A stretch of DNA of 45,680 bases from sequence record OR544125.1; one strand, given 5' to 3'. Positions 1 to 8,968 of the stretch are shown piece after piece (position 1 is the stretch's first letter; every line of letters begins with the position of its first letter). Made by a program: the position numbers and the translations under genes. The notes beneath the pieces are model-generated. The model had not been told where the DNA came from. It was given only the letters and a program-made list of their open reading frames with translations, and ran no database searches. This DNA is from Acinetobacter phage vB_AbaM_AB4P2.

Positions 1-924
1 GTTAAGGGGTTTGCTGGTATCACGAAGGCATGGATTGAAGAGGCTGAAAACGTCAGTAGGGAATCATGGGATATTCTTGAGCCTACCGTTCGTAACCCCG
101 GGGCTGAAATATGGGTGACATTCAACCCGAACAAAGAAACTGACGCCACATGGACGAGATGGGTTGCCCCGTGGCATGACAAGATGGTCAACGGAATTTA
201 CGAAGATGATGAAATACTCATCATTGAGTGTAACTGGACCGACAACCCGTGGATGACAGAGGAGTTAATCCGCTCAAAGGATAAGATGAAGCGGGTTGAC
301 TTCGACCGCTACATGTGGATATGGGAAGGAAAATTTAACAAACGTAGCGACGAGCAGGTATTTGGCGGTAAATGGCGCATTGATAACTTCGAGGTCAAAC
401 CTGAATGGCACGGCCCATACTTCGGGATGGACTTCGGGTTTTCAACGGATCCTACCGCAATGGTTGAGGTTTACATTGAAGAATTACCGGGCGGGCGACG
501 CAACATTTATATTAATCGCGAGTATGGCAAGGTTGGTCTTGAAATTACCGATACGCCATCCGCGATGGAGCAATCATTCCCGATGGCTAAGCGCGCTCGA
601 TGGTATGCAGACTGCGCTCGACCAGAAACCATCAGCCACATCAAGCGCTCTGGATTCGATATTCATCCATGCACAAAATGGCCGGGCAGTGTTGAGGATG
701 GCGTAACGTGGCTTCGCGGCTGCGACAGCATCATCATTCACGAGCGATGCAAGGAGATGCAGAATGAGGCGGCAATGTACAGCTACAAGGTCGATAAGCT
801 AACTGGGAATGTGCTGACCGATATTGTTGATGCATATAACCATTACTGGGATGCGGTTCGCTACGCACTCAATGACCACATTGTCCAGCGCGGTAGCGGG
901 ATGCTAATCCGGCGCAGGAGATAA
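1..924 (+). CDS. terL: Terminase large subunit, C-terminal nuclease-side part. It is in frame with 45056..45680 across the circular junction. The joined protein is about 471 aa, with Walker A GGRGSAKT in the N-terminal part.
   Basis: Frame 1 runs open from base 1 to the stop at 924. Bases 1-127 are identical to 45554-45680, and the frames match (45554-45056 is divisible by 3). The position after terS and the length fit a terminase ATPase/nuclease. Confidence 0.85.
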   Translation, partial: VKGFAGITKAWIEEAENVSRESWDILEPTVRNPGAEIWVTFNPNKETDATWTRWVAPWHDKMVNGIYEDDEILIIECNWTDNPWMTEELIRSKDKMKRVDFDRYMWIWEGKFNKRSDEQVFGGKWRIDNFEVKPEWHGPYFGMDFGFSTDPTAMVEVYIEELPGGRRNIYINREYGKVGLEITDTPSAMEQSFPMAKRARWYADCARPETISHIKRSGFDIHPCTKWPGSVEDGVTWLRGCDSIIIHERCKEMQNEAAMYSYKVDKLTGNVLTDIVDAYNHYWDAVRYALNDHIVQRGSGMLIRRRR

Positions 925-928
925 AATA

Positions 929-950
929 AAGCCCATCAAATGATGGGCTT
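929..950. terminator. Bidirectional rho-independent terminator between terL (+) and the PAPS-reductase gene (-).
   Basis: Hairpin aagcccatca / tgatgggctt with T- or A-rich flanks on both strands. Confidence 0.6.
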
Positions 951-954
951 GTCA

Positions 955-1776
955 TTAGTTCTCATTAGAAAACGCCTCGCAGCTCTCGCTGCATGAACCA
1001 GTATCGTACTGCCGCATTGACGTCATTCGTGATGCCAGTTCATCCCTGCTTACATCGTTAAATAAAGCTATAACGTCGCCAAGACTTCTGTTTGAGCGAT
1101 ACATTATCTTGTCTGATTTTTTATCTTCATCCTGAATCATCTTCCAAAATTCAGCGGCAAGTTCCGGCTCATCCTTTGCAGCAAGCGCAACTTTCTGCAG
1201 GCTCTTCTTGATGCAGAAAACACAATTACCAAGATGCTCCTGAATTCCAAGGTCGAATTGCTGCATTGACCACCAGTCAAGGATATCCTGCTTTTCAAAG
1301 TCGCTGATGTCTGCAAGGTAATGAAAACCGTCACCTCGGTTCTTTAACCGGTTTGGCTCATCAGACCTGATGCCAAGCCATCTCTCGTAATTTCCTTTTC
1401 CGTATTTTTCATTGCAGTATTTAGTGAATGGCACAGCCTTCATTCTGTCGGTGCAGAACGCACCACCAACATATGGATGACCGTACTTGCGCAACATCCT
1501 CCGCCACGGCTCAAGGTCTGGGCCAATCTCATCGACGGTTAGCTGCTCATACGTACTTGCTTTGCGCATCTCATGATTTGGCACCACACGAAGACACGTC
1601 ACGGCGACATTGAAATGCCTTGCGAAGTTGCGAATAAACTCATACGTTTTTGGGTGCTCAGCGCCCGTGTCCATAAAGATGACCTCCGCTTCAGGGTGTA
1701 TCTTTAGCACCTCCAGAGTCATAAACGCTGAAGTTCTTCCGCCTGAAAAGCTAATAACTTGGTTCATGTCCATCAC
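955..1776 (-). CDS. PAPS/APS-reductase family protein (adenine-nucleotide alpha-hydrolase fold, CysH/DndC-like). A CxxC and a CxxxC near the C-terminus suggest an Fe-S cluster.
   Basis: ISFSGGRTSAF is a PP-loop-like motif. VIFMDTGAEHPKTYEFIRNFARHFNVAVTCLR parallels E. coli CysH [32 protein letters not shown]. The gene is antisense inside a plus-strand block. The RBS aggaaggag suggests the true start is 1767 or 1773. Confidence 0.75.
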   Translation of the reverse strand: MMDMNQVISFSGGRTSAFMTLEVLKIHPEAEVIFMDTGAEHPKTYEFIRNFARHFNVAVTCLRVVPNHEMRKASTYEQLTVDEIGPDLEPWRRMLRKYGHPYVGGAFCTDRMKAVPFTKYCNEKYGKGNYERWLGIRSDEPNRLKNRGDGFHYLADISDFEKQDILDWWSMQQFDLGIQEHLGNCVFCIKKSLQKVALAAKDEPELAAEFWKMIQDEDKKSDKIMYRSNRSLGDVIALFNDVSRDELASRMTSMRQYDTGSCSESCEAFSNEN

Positions 1777-1785
1777 TCCTTCCTC

Positions 1786-1907
1786 ATATCTACATCACTC
1801 ATGTTACGACTGGGAGATATCTACGTCAACATTAATAATAAATGTTGATAAATCCGCGTCACCACACTTGACCAATCTACACCGAGCGCATAGTATATCT
1901 ACATCAG
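1786..1907 (-). promoter_or_regulatory. Cluster of four minus-oriented copies of the recurring TGRYGTAGAT motif upstream of the PAPS-reductase gene.
   Basis: Reverse complements of atatctacatca (1786-1797), atatctacgtcaa (1817-1829), aatctacacc (1874-1883) and atatctacatca (1895-1906). Confidence 0.5.
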
Positions 1908-1926
1908 GCTTACCGGAGATATCACT

Positions 1927-2133
1927 ATGCGCAGCTATGCAGGATTCACACAGGAGGAAAAAGAGCAGGTTTATTCACTAGCGCGTGCTGGTGTGCCTGA
2001 TGATGTGATTTGCCGTCGGTATGACATAGACGAGGATTTCCTGCTGCGCGTTATTGATGATGTCTTCGTTAACCTGCAAGAGAAGCGCGGGTATAAAGGT
2101 ATCTGCTGCAAGAATGATTTCTTGAGAGGGTGA
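1927..2133 (+). CDS. Hypothetical 68-aa protein, possibly HTH-like.
   Basis: ORF with an ATG start in an intergenic position. No family recognised. Confidence 0.3.
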   Translation: MRSYAGFTQEEKEQVYSLARAGVPDDVICRRYDIDEDFLLRVIDDVFVNLQEKRGYKGICCKNDFLRG

Positions 2134-2482
2134 GTGATGATTATTGAAAAAACAAATGAATGCCACAGTCTGTATATAAATACAGAACTAGTAATAAATT
2201 TAAGGCAATGCGATGACTGGGTTCAGCTTGATAAAAAACAAGCCGCGCAGCTTATCGAAGTCCTGCAACGCTGGGTTAATGGTGAGGAGATTGAGTGATG
2301 AGCGTTTATTTTATTCATGCTGAAGCTGTACTGAATAATGGGTGAGTTGCTGAGAAGATAGGAAGAATCGCAATTGCTGATAGCGCCGTGACGGCGTTCC
2401 ATAAATTCTTCTCTGATGCCACGGTTGCCAAGCTACGAGAGCAAGGTATTGATGTTGTCATTGATAAACTGGAAAAGGTGGA

Positions 2483-2734
2483 GTGATGGCAGCTATGATT
2501 TTTTTTCTTATCGTTATGGTGTTCATTGCTTATATGCTTGTTAGGAACAACGCAGTTGCTGACGCGAGGATTGGGTTCATAAAATACTTCTATGAAGAAG
2601 ACCCTGATGGATACGCCTCTGGCAAGCGATTCCATGAATCGCTACCAAGCTACGATGAGATGATGTGGAAATTCTGGGTGTGGCCTCTGTCAAAATTCTA
2701 TCCGGCATACAGAAACCGAAATCGTAACAAGTGA
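2483..2734 (+). CDS. Small membrane protein (83 aa, N-terminal TM helix).
   Basis: Hydrophobic segment AAMIFFLIVMVFIAYMLV. RBS ggaaaaggtggag upstream. Confidence 0.4.
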   Translation: MMAAMIFFLIVMVFIAYMLVRNNAVADARIGFIKYFYEEDPDGYASGKRFHESLPSYDEMMWKFWVWPLSKFYPAYRNRNRNK

Positions 2735-2744
2735 CCATGCTATA

Positions 2745-2772
2745 ATCCCATCCAACGTGATGGGATTTTTTA
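2745..2772 (+). terminator. Rho-independent terminator just upstream of the portal gene.
   Basis: Hairpin atcccatc / gatgggat followed by tttttatt. Confidence 0.55.
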
Positions 2773-2782
2773 TTGGTGACAT

Positions 2783-4186
2783 ATGTCCAAAATTGATGCA
2801 TTAAACGCCTACATACGCGACCGCGTGGCGAATAATAACCGGGCGCTTCAGCAACAGCGGCTTTGCGCTGGCGGGAAGAATCTGGACCAGAAACGTGAGT
2901 TCATGTGGAAAGAACTGGGCTACCCGCAGGAAATTACCGCCGAGATGTTCCGCTATGCCTACGAGCGACACCCAGCCGCCGCCGCTGGCATCAACCGCAT
3001 TATTAATAAATGCTGGCAGAAATACCCAGAAGTGGTCGAAGATGGCGAGGATGACAAAAGCTCAACGTCGTGGGAACTATCCATCAACAATATGATGAAG
3101 CGTGCCTATCCGTTCATCAAGGAGGCTGACAAGCGCAACGCCATCAACCGTTACTCTGCTGTCATCCTGCAAATCCGCGATGGCAAGCAATGGAGTGAGC
3201 CTGTAGACATCACCAAAACCCGCCGCATTAAAGATAAATCCATCGTTCGCTTCATTCCAGTGTGGGAAGAACAACTCCGTGTCAGTGCATGGAATAATGA
3301 TGAAGCCAGCGAAGACTACGGAATGCCTGAGATGTACGAATATCAGGAAAGCGCCGTGGAAGACTTCGACAGTGACGGCAAACCTGAGCGTTCAGTACAG
3401 ATTCATCCTGACCGCATCATTATTCTGGCTGAGGGTAGTTTTGATGGCAGCATGTTCAGTGGCGTTCCGATGCTGCGCGCTGGCTACAACAGCCTTATCG
3501 ATATGGCTAAAGTTTCCGGTAGTTCTGCGGAAGGCTTCCTGAAGAACGCAAGCCGTCAACTGGCCGTTAACTACACGAAGGATAACGTAACGCCAGCAAG
3601 CCTAGCTCAGTCGATGGGAGTCGATATTGAAGAACTCACCGACATCATGAATGAGAATATCGAGGCGCTAAACTCAGGCATCGACGCCGCTATGTTCACA
3701 ATGGGTGCTGATGCTAAGGTTCTTGCTGTAACGCCAGCAGACCCGAAGCCAACGTGGGAAGTTGCAGCTAACCAGTTCGCTGCGTCAATGGCGCTCCCGT
3801 TTACCGTCATTTTTGGACAGCAGACCGGACGCCTTGCAAGCGATGAAGACAAGATGCAGGAGGCGATGACCGCCAAGCAGCGCCGAGAAACATGGGTTGA
3901 TTATGTCATCTCTATGTTCGTTGAGCGCATGATTCAGTTCGGCATTGTCGATAAAGCCCCGGCAAACGGATACAAGGTTAAGTGGGATGACCTGCTTGCC
4001 CCATCCGAACTGGATAAAGCGGAATTGCTGGCTAAACTCGCCACTGCCAACAAGTCTTTCTTTGACGCCGGTCAATCTGCGCTACTGACCGTCGATGAGG
4101 CTCGCGGCATGGTTGGTATGGAGCCGATTGAAGAACTTCAGATCGTCACTGAGGGCAATCCTGACGATGAAAATCAAAATCTTTAA
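2783..4186 (+). CDS. Portal protein (467 aa).
   Basis: It is the first large morphogenesis ORF downstream of terL, and its size is typical of siphovirus portals. No motif was checked. Confidence 0.6.
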   Translation: MSKIDALNAYIRDRVANNNRALQQQRLCAGGKNLDQKREFMWKELGYPQEITAEMFRYAYERHPAAAAGINRIINKCWQKYPEVVEDGEDDKSSTSWELSINNMMKRAYPFIKEADKRNAINRYSAVILQIRDGKQWSEPVDITKTRRIKDKSIVRFIPVWEEQLRVSAWNNDEASEDYGMPEMYEYQESAVEDFDSDGKPERSVQIHPDRIIILAEGSFDGSMFSGVPMLRAGYNSLIDMAKVSGSSAEGFLKNASRQLAVNYTKDNVTPASLAQSMGVDIEELTDIMNENIEALNSGIDAAMFTMGADAKVLAVTPADPKPTWEVAANQFAASMALPFTVIFGQQTGRLASDEDKMQEAMTAKQRRETWVDYVISMFVERMIQFGIVDKAPANGYKVKWDDLLAPSELDKAELLAKLATANKSFFDAGQSALLTVDEARGMVGMEPIEELQIVTEGNPDDENQNL

Positions 4187-5120
4187 GGTTAGCGCCAGAC
4201 TGGTTGGTCCGAAAATACCAACCAGTAAAACAGACCCTGTTGGAGCTAACAGGAGACTAAGCAAGGCAAACAAACAGATTGAGGCGCGATACAAGCGCCT
4301 TAAATCGTCAGCCATAGACTTATTCAGGTCAATTCCAGTTGCCGCGATTAACTCCATTGATACTTATGGTTACAGGTATGATTTTTCAGCAGCTCGGGCA
4401 GCTCAATTCAATGAGGCATTGCAGCAGCTAATTGATGAAATCCTGCTTGACGACACACAGCCGATGAATGCAGGTCAGTTCTGGATGTCAATTTATGTCT
4501 CTGACGCCTATTCAGCTGGTACTGTTGAGGCGCAACAGCAACTGGCAGCTATGTCTCCACTCTATGCTGAGCGTCGTTCAATTGCAGACATTATTTACTC
4601 GGAGCCATATTTGCAGCGCCTGTCTATTGCCAATGCCACCACTTACAGTGATTGGGTTGGCATTGGTGACGCGGCGCGCAATGATTTGTCTCAAGTGATC
4701 ATGAATGCTATCGCTGTTGGTTCTAATCCGAGAGATATTGAATCAGACATCATTAAGCGCGTTGGTGTAAGTGAATCGCGAGCAAAAAATATCGCCCAAA
4801 CCGAGCTTACAGGCATTTTACGTAAGTCGCAGTCTGACGAGGTTCAGGAATCAAAGATTATTTTGGGGTTGAATAGTGCGCTCTTTTGGGTGTCGGCATT
4901 ATTAAAAACTACCCGCGCCACGCACTCAGCCAGACACGCACGCGCTTTTAGCCCGGAGGACGTAGAGGAATTTTACTCAAAGGACGGGAATCGCTATCGC
5001 TGCCATTGTGCGCAAACACCATGCATGTTAGATGAAAATGGCAATGTAATCATGCTTGAGTCATCTCTTAATAAGATGGTGATGGCAAGAGAAAAATGGA
5101 AATCACAGCACGAGAAGTGA
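4167..5120 (+). CDS. Head morphogenesis / minor head protein (SPP1 gp7 / Mu F-like position).
   Basis: It follows the portal directly. The listed ORF starts at 4095. The ATG at 4167 (MKIKIFKV) avoids a long overlap with the portal gene. Confidence 0.45.
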   Translation: MKIKIFKVSARLVGPKIPTSKTDPVGANRRLSKANKQIEARYKRLKSSAIDLFRSIPVAAINSIDTYGYRYDFSAARAAQFNEALQQLIDEILLDDTQPMNAGQFWMSIYVSDAYSAGTVEAQQQLAAMSPLYAERRSIADIIYSEPYLQRLSIANATTYSDWVGIGDAARNDLSQVIMNAIAVGSNPRDIESDIIKRVGVSESRAKNIAQTELTGILRKSQSDEVQESKIILGLNSALFWVSALLKTTRATHSARHARAFSPEDVEEFYSKDGNRYRCHCAQTPCMLDENGNVIMLESSLNKMVMAREKWKSQHEK

Positions 5121-5210
5121 TATAATCACAAGTGCAGCTAGACCGGCCAGTCGAAAAGGTGAACGTGACGCCCTGCTGCAATCTTCATCACGAACCTACA
5201 CGAGGTTATC

Positions 5211-6299
5211 ATGTCAAAAGAAAAGACATCACGCTTTGTTTCTGAAGTAATCCGTCGATATGGCAATCGTTATGATTATTCAAAGACTAATTACAAAAAC
5301 TCAAAAACTAAAGTCATCATTACCTGCCGCGAGCATGGTGATTTTATGCAATCACCATCAAATCATTTAGCTGGTAATGGATGTCCGGCGTGTGCGTGCA
5401 TCAGAAGAGGCAACGCAAAAAGAAGCGATGCGGAATCGTTTATATTAAAAGCCAAAACAATCCATTCTAATACATACGAATACTCGAAAGTTAAATACAA
5501 AGATTGCGAATCAAAAGTTGTAATAGTTTGCCGAAGGCATGGTGAATTTGAACAAAGACCATCAGATCACTTACATGGTCAGGGATGCCCTAGCTGCGGA
5601 CTCATAAAGAGAGCAAGGTCTTATTCTCTTGGTAATGATCTGTTTATTGAGAAATCAAAGAGCATTCATGGTGACAGATATGATTACTCACTCGTTAAGT
5701 ATGAAGCAAACAATAAAGAAGTAATGATACTTTGCGAAATTCATGGGGTTTTCTTGCAAAAACCATCAGTGCATCTCATTGGATGTGGATGTCCGTACTG
5801 CGGTAAGAGCAAGCAAGTAAAATCACAAACTGATAGCGAGGCTGATTTTGCTAGAAAATCAAGGGCGGTCCATGGAGATAAATACATTTATGATAAATGC
5901 GGCTACAAGAACTCCCTCACCAACGTGTCAATAACATGCCCCATACATGGCGTATTCGTACAGCGAGCATCGCATCATATACAAGGATCTGGATGTCCAT
6001 CATGTGCTGTAACAGGATTTGATAAGAATAAGAAATCGTATGTTTACTTCCTAATGAGCGAGAAAGGAATAAAAGTTGGGATAACCAATAAAATAAAGCA
6101 ACGCATTATGCAACTAAGAAGCAGTACGCCATTTGAGTTTGAGGTGATTAAGTACGTAAAACTTTCAGGCGTTGATGCAATATCAATGGAGAACGATTAT
6201 CACAATAGATATGAGTCCGCTGGACTTAGTGGGTTCAATGGATGCACCGAATGGCTTAAGTATTCACCAGAATTAATGAATGAAATAATGAATAATTAG
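5211..6299 (+). CDS. T5orf172 / MUG113 (GIY-YIG-like) domain protein with four N-terminal tandem zinc-ribbon repeats. Putative free-standing homing-type endonuclease.
   Basis: Four repeats of about 65 aa follow the pattern F..K...H...Y.YSK..Y.....K..I.C..HG.F.Q.PS.HL.G.GCP.C. The C-terminus YVYFLMSEKGIKVGITNKIKQRIMQLRSS...NGCTEWLKY matches the T5orf172 pattern ending in EW(F/L). Confidence 0.6.
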   Translation: MSKEKTSRFVSEVIRRYGNRYDYSKTNYKNSKTKVIITCREHGDFMQSPSNHLAGNGCPACACIRRGNAKRSDAESFILKAKTIHSNTYEYSKVKYKDCESKVVIVCRRHGEFEQRPSDHLHGQGCPSCGLIKRARSYSLGNDLFIEKSKSIHGDRYDYSLVKYEANNKEVMILCEIHGVFLQKPSVHLIGCGCPYCGKSKQVKSQTDSEADFARKSRAVHGDKYIYDKCGYKNSLTNVSITCPIHGVFVQRASHHIQGSGCPSCAVTGFDKNKKSYVYFLMSEKGIKVGITNKIKQRIMQLRSSTPFEFEVIKYVKLSGVDAISMENDYHNRYESAGLSGFNGCTEWLKYSPELMNEIMNN

Positions 6300-6317
6300 C
6301 ATGGCAGTAGGCAAACA

Positions 6318-6348
6318 AAAAGCCCTCTAAGTGAGGGCTTGGTTTTAT
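6318..6348 (+). terminator. Rho-independent terminator.
   Basis: Hairpin aagccctc / gagggctt followed by ggttttat. Confidence 0.6.
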
Positions 6349-6417
6349 CTTATCAACATACACAGAACAAAGATTATTATCGCATAGCACAATATCTCTA
6401 CGACGCTGAATATTGTT

Positions 6418-6603
6418 TTAATCATACAGTTTTACGCCGGGAATCTTGCCTGCTGCGATGGCTGACTTTGAATGTAGAGACTCAGATGTCATGGCAGATA
6501 CATGCTTTGAGTAAAGTCCATCAAAATTATCAAGAGCCTCTATGTCCCTCTCTGCATGCAAATTGTTGCTGCCAGTCATTTGATATACTCCACAATCTCG
6601 CAT
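6418..6603 (-). CDS. Hypothetical small protein (61 aa; the likely start gives MTGSNNLH...).
   Basis: Minus-strand ORF downstream of a minus-oriented motif copy at 6769-6780. No family recognised. Confidence 0.2.
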   Translation of the reverse strand: MRDCGVYQMTGSNNLHAERDIEALDNFDGLYSKHVSAMTSESLHSKSAIAAGKIPGVKLYD

Positions 6604-6751
6604 TCACGCATCTGCACCAGGCCAAATGGCGCAACCACTTTTCCGCACGGGCGGATTTTGATTTGCTCAAGGTTGAACACTCCGCAGCGTCCGTTTTCTT
6701 TGAATTTGACCATTACCATGATTTCTTCCTCACTCATCATTTGATGTAGAT
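6587..6751 (-). CDS. Hypothetical Cys-containing small protein (54 aa, MMSEEEIMVMVKFKENGRCG...).
   Basis: Minus-strand ORF starting about 18 bp below the ttgacgtagatt motif. It has four Cys. It is speculative. Confidence 0.2.
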
Positions 6752-6799
6752 ACTATGCACCACCACTCAATCTACGTCAATACCCGTTGTGATAGAATT
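6741..6799. promoter_or_regulatory. Divergent promoter-like region carrying three motif copies: two plus-oriented toward 6825 and one minus-oriented toward the 6587-6751 ORF.
   Basis: ttgatgtagata (6741-6752, +), ttgacgtagatt as a reverse complement (6769-6780, -), and tgtgatagaatt (6788-6799, +). Confidence 0.45.
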
Positions 6800-6824
6800 A
6801 ATTATTGTTTGAACAGGAGGCAGA

Positions 6825-7103
6825 ATGAAACTATCGCAACGCGGCATGAAGACGTTTGGAATCATCGATGCCGTAGATATATCGCCTTACATCAGCACCG
6901 AGACAACACAGAATCAGTTTGATGCACTGACGAGCATTGCCACCGACATTGGCATTGATGCTTTCCGAAAATCAACGCTTCTGAAGAAACACAATCTCCG
7001 CTGCTTTTCGTGCGCCGTTGCGCATTTCATTGTGTGGGGCGAGAAGACCGACAACAAAGCAAAACGCAAAGCTGAAAAAGAGGTTTACTGGTATGGCTAT
7101 TAG
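6825..7103 (+). CDS. Hypothetical protein (92 aa) just upstream of and overlapping the endolysin start. Possible lysis accessory protein.
   Basis: Its stop overlaps the endolysin ATG (ATGGCTATTAG). It has one weakly hydrophobic stretch. Confidence 0.35.
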   Translation: MKLSQRGMKTFGIIDAVDISPYISTETTQNQFDALTSIATDIGIDAFRKSTLLKKHNLRCFSCAVAHFIVWGEKTDNKAKRKAEKEVYWYGY

Positions 7104-7557
7104 CAAAAACATGAAGGCATTTCTGGATATGCTGGCGTACAGCGAGGGCACGGATAACGGGCGACAGAAAACCAATAATCATGGCTATGATGTGATTGTT
7201 GGTGGTTCGCTGTTTACCGACTATTCTGATCACCCGAGAAAGCTGATTAGCCTGCCTAAGCTGGGCATCAAGTCCACCGCCGCCGGACGCTATCAGGTGC
7301 TGGCTAAGTTTTATGACGCGTACAAAAAGCAGTTACGTTTACCGGACTTCTCCCCCGCATCGCAGGACGCCATTGCAATGCAGCTAATCAGTGAATGCAA
7401 GGCCACCGCCGATATTGAGGCTGGTCGCATTGCTGATGCCGTTCATAAATGCCGCTCCCGTTGGGCTTCGCTGCCGGGAGCTGGTTATGGTCAGCATGAG
7501 CAGAAACTGGATAAGCTGATTCAGGTATACAAAGAGGCTGGCGGGGTTGTGGCATGA
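7093..7557 (+). CDS. Endolysin of the lambda R type (lytic transglycosylase).
   Basis: MAISKNMKAFLDMLAYSEGTDNGRQKTNNHGYDVIVGG..FTDYSDHPRK...SLPGAGYGQHE is near-colinear with lambda R (KAFLDMLAWSEGTDNGRQKTRNHGYDVIVGGELFTDYSDHPRKL...WASLPGAGYGQFEH), as recalled from memory. Confidence 0.85.
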   Translation: MAISKNMKAFLDMLAYSEGTDNGRQKTNNHGYDVIVGGSLFTDYSDHPRKLISLPKLGIKSTAAGRYQVLAKFYDAYKKQLRLPDFSPASQDAIAMQLISECKATADIEAGRIADAVHKCRSRWASLPGAGYGQHEQKLDKLIQVYKEAGGVVA

Positions 7558-7793
7558 AAAAGCTAAGCAACTGGCTGCTCGGCGCGTGGATTTCATTCTG
7601 CTCACTATTGCAGCTGTGGCCTGACGCAATGATGCATGTATGGGTAATGATGCCTGATGACCTGAAAGCGGCGCTGCCGCCAATCGTGGTTAAAGGTGTG
7701 AGCTACTCCATCATGCTGGTTGGTATCCTCGGTAAGATGAACGGCATGAGGAAGGAAAACCGGAGGCTGCGCAATGATGTCGATTCTCGCTAA
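7554..7793 (+). CDS. Putative holin (79 aa, two TM helices, highly charged C-terminus).
   Basis: Its start overlaps the endolysin stop (ATGA). TM1 is WLLGAWISFCSLLQLW and TM2 is VKGVSYSIMLVGILG. The C-terminus is KENRRLRNDVDSR. Confidence 0.5.
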   Translation: MKKLSNWLLGAWISFCSLLQLWPDAMMHVWVMMPDDLKAALPPIVVKGVSYSIMLVGILGKMNGMRKENRRLRNDVDSR

Positions 7794-8265
7794 CTACTGG
7801 CGACCACTGGCAATTATTATAATTATTGCCGCTGGCGCGTTGTGGGCGGCCAATAAAGTGTCCAGCTACGGCGAGCAACAATACGCCGCTGGATATGCAA
7901 AAGCCATCACAGAACAGAAAGCCGCAGATGAAAAAGAGGAGCAACGACGAAATGCAGAACTGCAAAAGATTCAGGCTGACGCGCAGCAAAGGATTGATGC
8001 TGCGCGCAATGATGCTGTTAATGCTGCTGCTAAGTCTGGCAGGTTGCAGCAACAACTCGCAAACATCCGCAAGCAGCTCGTCGAATATTCCGCCACTGAG
8101 TCCATTGGCAATCCAGCCGCAGAAACCGGAGTTTTGCTTGGAGACGTGCTCAGCAAATCTGTCGAAAGAAATCGACAACTGGCAGATTATGCTGACAGGG
8201 CAAGAGAAGCAGGATTAGCGTGTGAGGCGCAATATAATTCGCTGCGCAATAAAAAAGCCCCGTGA
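7774..8265 (+). CDS. Rz: i-spanin (Rz-like): N-terminal TM anchor plus a coiled-coil periplasmic domain.
   Basis: TM helix LAIIIIIAAGALWAA, then a Q/A/E-rich coiled coil. It lies just downstream of the endolysin and holin. Confidence 0.7.
   Translation: MMSILANYWRPLAIIIIIAAGALWAANKVSSYGEQQYAAGYAKAITEQKAADEKEEQRRNAELQKIQADAQQRIDAARNDAVNAAAKSGRLQQQLANIRKQLVEYSATESIGNPAAETGVLLGDVLSKSVERNRQLADYADRAREAGLACEAQYNSLRNKKAP
7997..8218 (+). CDS. Rz1: o-spanin (Rz1-like outer-membrane lipoprotein), fully embedded in the +1 frame of the i-spanin gene.
   Basis: MLRAMMLLMLLLSLAGCSNN is a signal peptide with lipobox LAGC. The mature part is Pro/Ser-rich. Confidence 0.65.
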   Translation: MLRAMMLLMLLLSLAGCSNNSQTSASSSSNIPPLSPLAIQPQKPEFCLETCSANLSKEIDNWQIMLTGQEKQD

Positions 8266-8280
8266 TGGGGCTTTGCTGTT
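8253..8280. terminator. Bidirectional terminator between the lysis operon (+) and the minus-strand accessory island.
   Basis: Hairpin aagcccc / ggggctt with T-runs on both strands. Confidence 0.6.
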
Positions 8281-8545
8281 AATCAATAACCATCCAGTCA
8301 TTTGCAATCATATCGGTTTGGCTTGCTAACCATGGTACCAGTTTCCCGTCAGCCGTTTTCATGCAGATGAACGGCAACGTATTAAGCCCATCAACCCCAT
8401 CAATATCGCACTCAAAATCCCATGCCCCTCCTGCTATCATAAACAGGAACATGCCCTTTCCATTCCACCCGCTCCTTGCGACCTTGCATCCAATTTCCAT
8501 CTCCTTCAAGGCATCACCAAATCTTAAAGACATTTTACACCTCAC
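8279..8545 (-). CDS. DUF2829 / Tad2-like small protein (88 aa). Candidate anti-Thoeris signal sponge.
   Basis: FGDALKEM...CKVARSGWNGKGMFLFM and the C-terminal WLASQTDMIANDWMV match my recollection of the DUF2829 pattern (FGEALEALK.GKKVAREGWNGKGMF ... W.ASQ.DILADDW). I could not run an HMM. Confidence 0.45.
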   Translation of the reverse strand: MRCKMSLRFGDALKEMEIGCKVARSGWNGKGMFLFMIAGGAWDFECDIDGVDGLNTLPFICMKTADGKLVPWLASQTDMIANDWMVID

Positions 8546-8659
8546 TCGTATAGTGGCTTCATCTCATAGCCAAACATGACTGCATTATGGTGCTCAACGC
8601 TACCAGCAAACACCAGATAGCGGCGACCACGATTATCCGTAACGATGTAGGCAGACGGC

Positions 8660-8968
8660 TCACTCTGCTGTTGATGTTGCTGGTTCATCAGCTGGTTCCT
8701 CGGTCATAACTTCAACGATGCGCACCAGTGAACACTCAAGATTCGGCGCATTGTAATTACCAGCCAAAAACAGAACGCTACCCGTGCTAATCAGCACCTG
8801 TTTTGCGTTTGCCTGTGACAGGTTCTGCACGATGAATTGCGCTGTTTCGGTGCCGATTTTCAGCACTGCGCTACCGTCGCTGTTCAGTGATACCAGTTGC
8901 GCGGATGTGTCAGCAATATTGGTAAAGTTCGCGTTTTGTTGCGCGATTGTGATGTCGCAGAATGACAT
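8660..8968 (-). CDS. Hypothetical protein (102 aa).
   Basis: ORF in a co-oriented minus-strand operon. Its stop overlaps the next start. Confidence 0.4.
   Translation of the reverse strand: MSFCDITIAQQNANFTNIADTSAQLVSLNSDGSAVLKIGTETAQFIVQNLSQANAKQVLISTGSVLFLAGNYNAPNLECSLVRIVEVMTEEPADEPATSTAE

Noticed and set aside
296-706. 136-aa plus-strand ORF (MTSTATCGYGK...) in an alternative frame inside terL.
   Set aside because: It is wholly nested in the well-supported terL frame. Its Ser/Thr/Ala/Leu-rich composition is typical of an off-frame read-through, and it has no RBS.
6339-6749. 136-aa plus ORF across the gap after the T5orf172 gene.
   Set aside because: It has no RBS and a Cys/His/Leu-rich non-globular composition. 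It overlaps the more plausible, though still weak, minus-strand small ORFs that sit downstream of a correctly oriented promoter motif.
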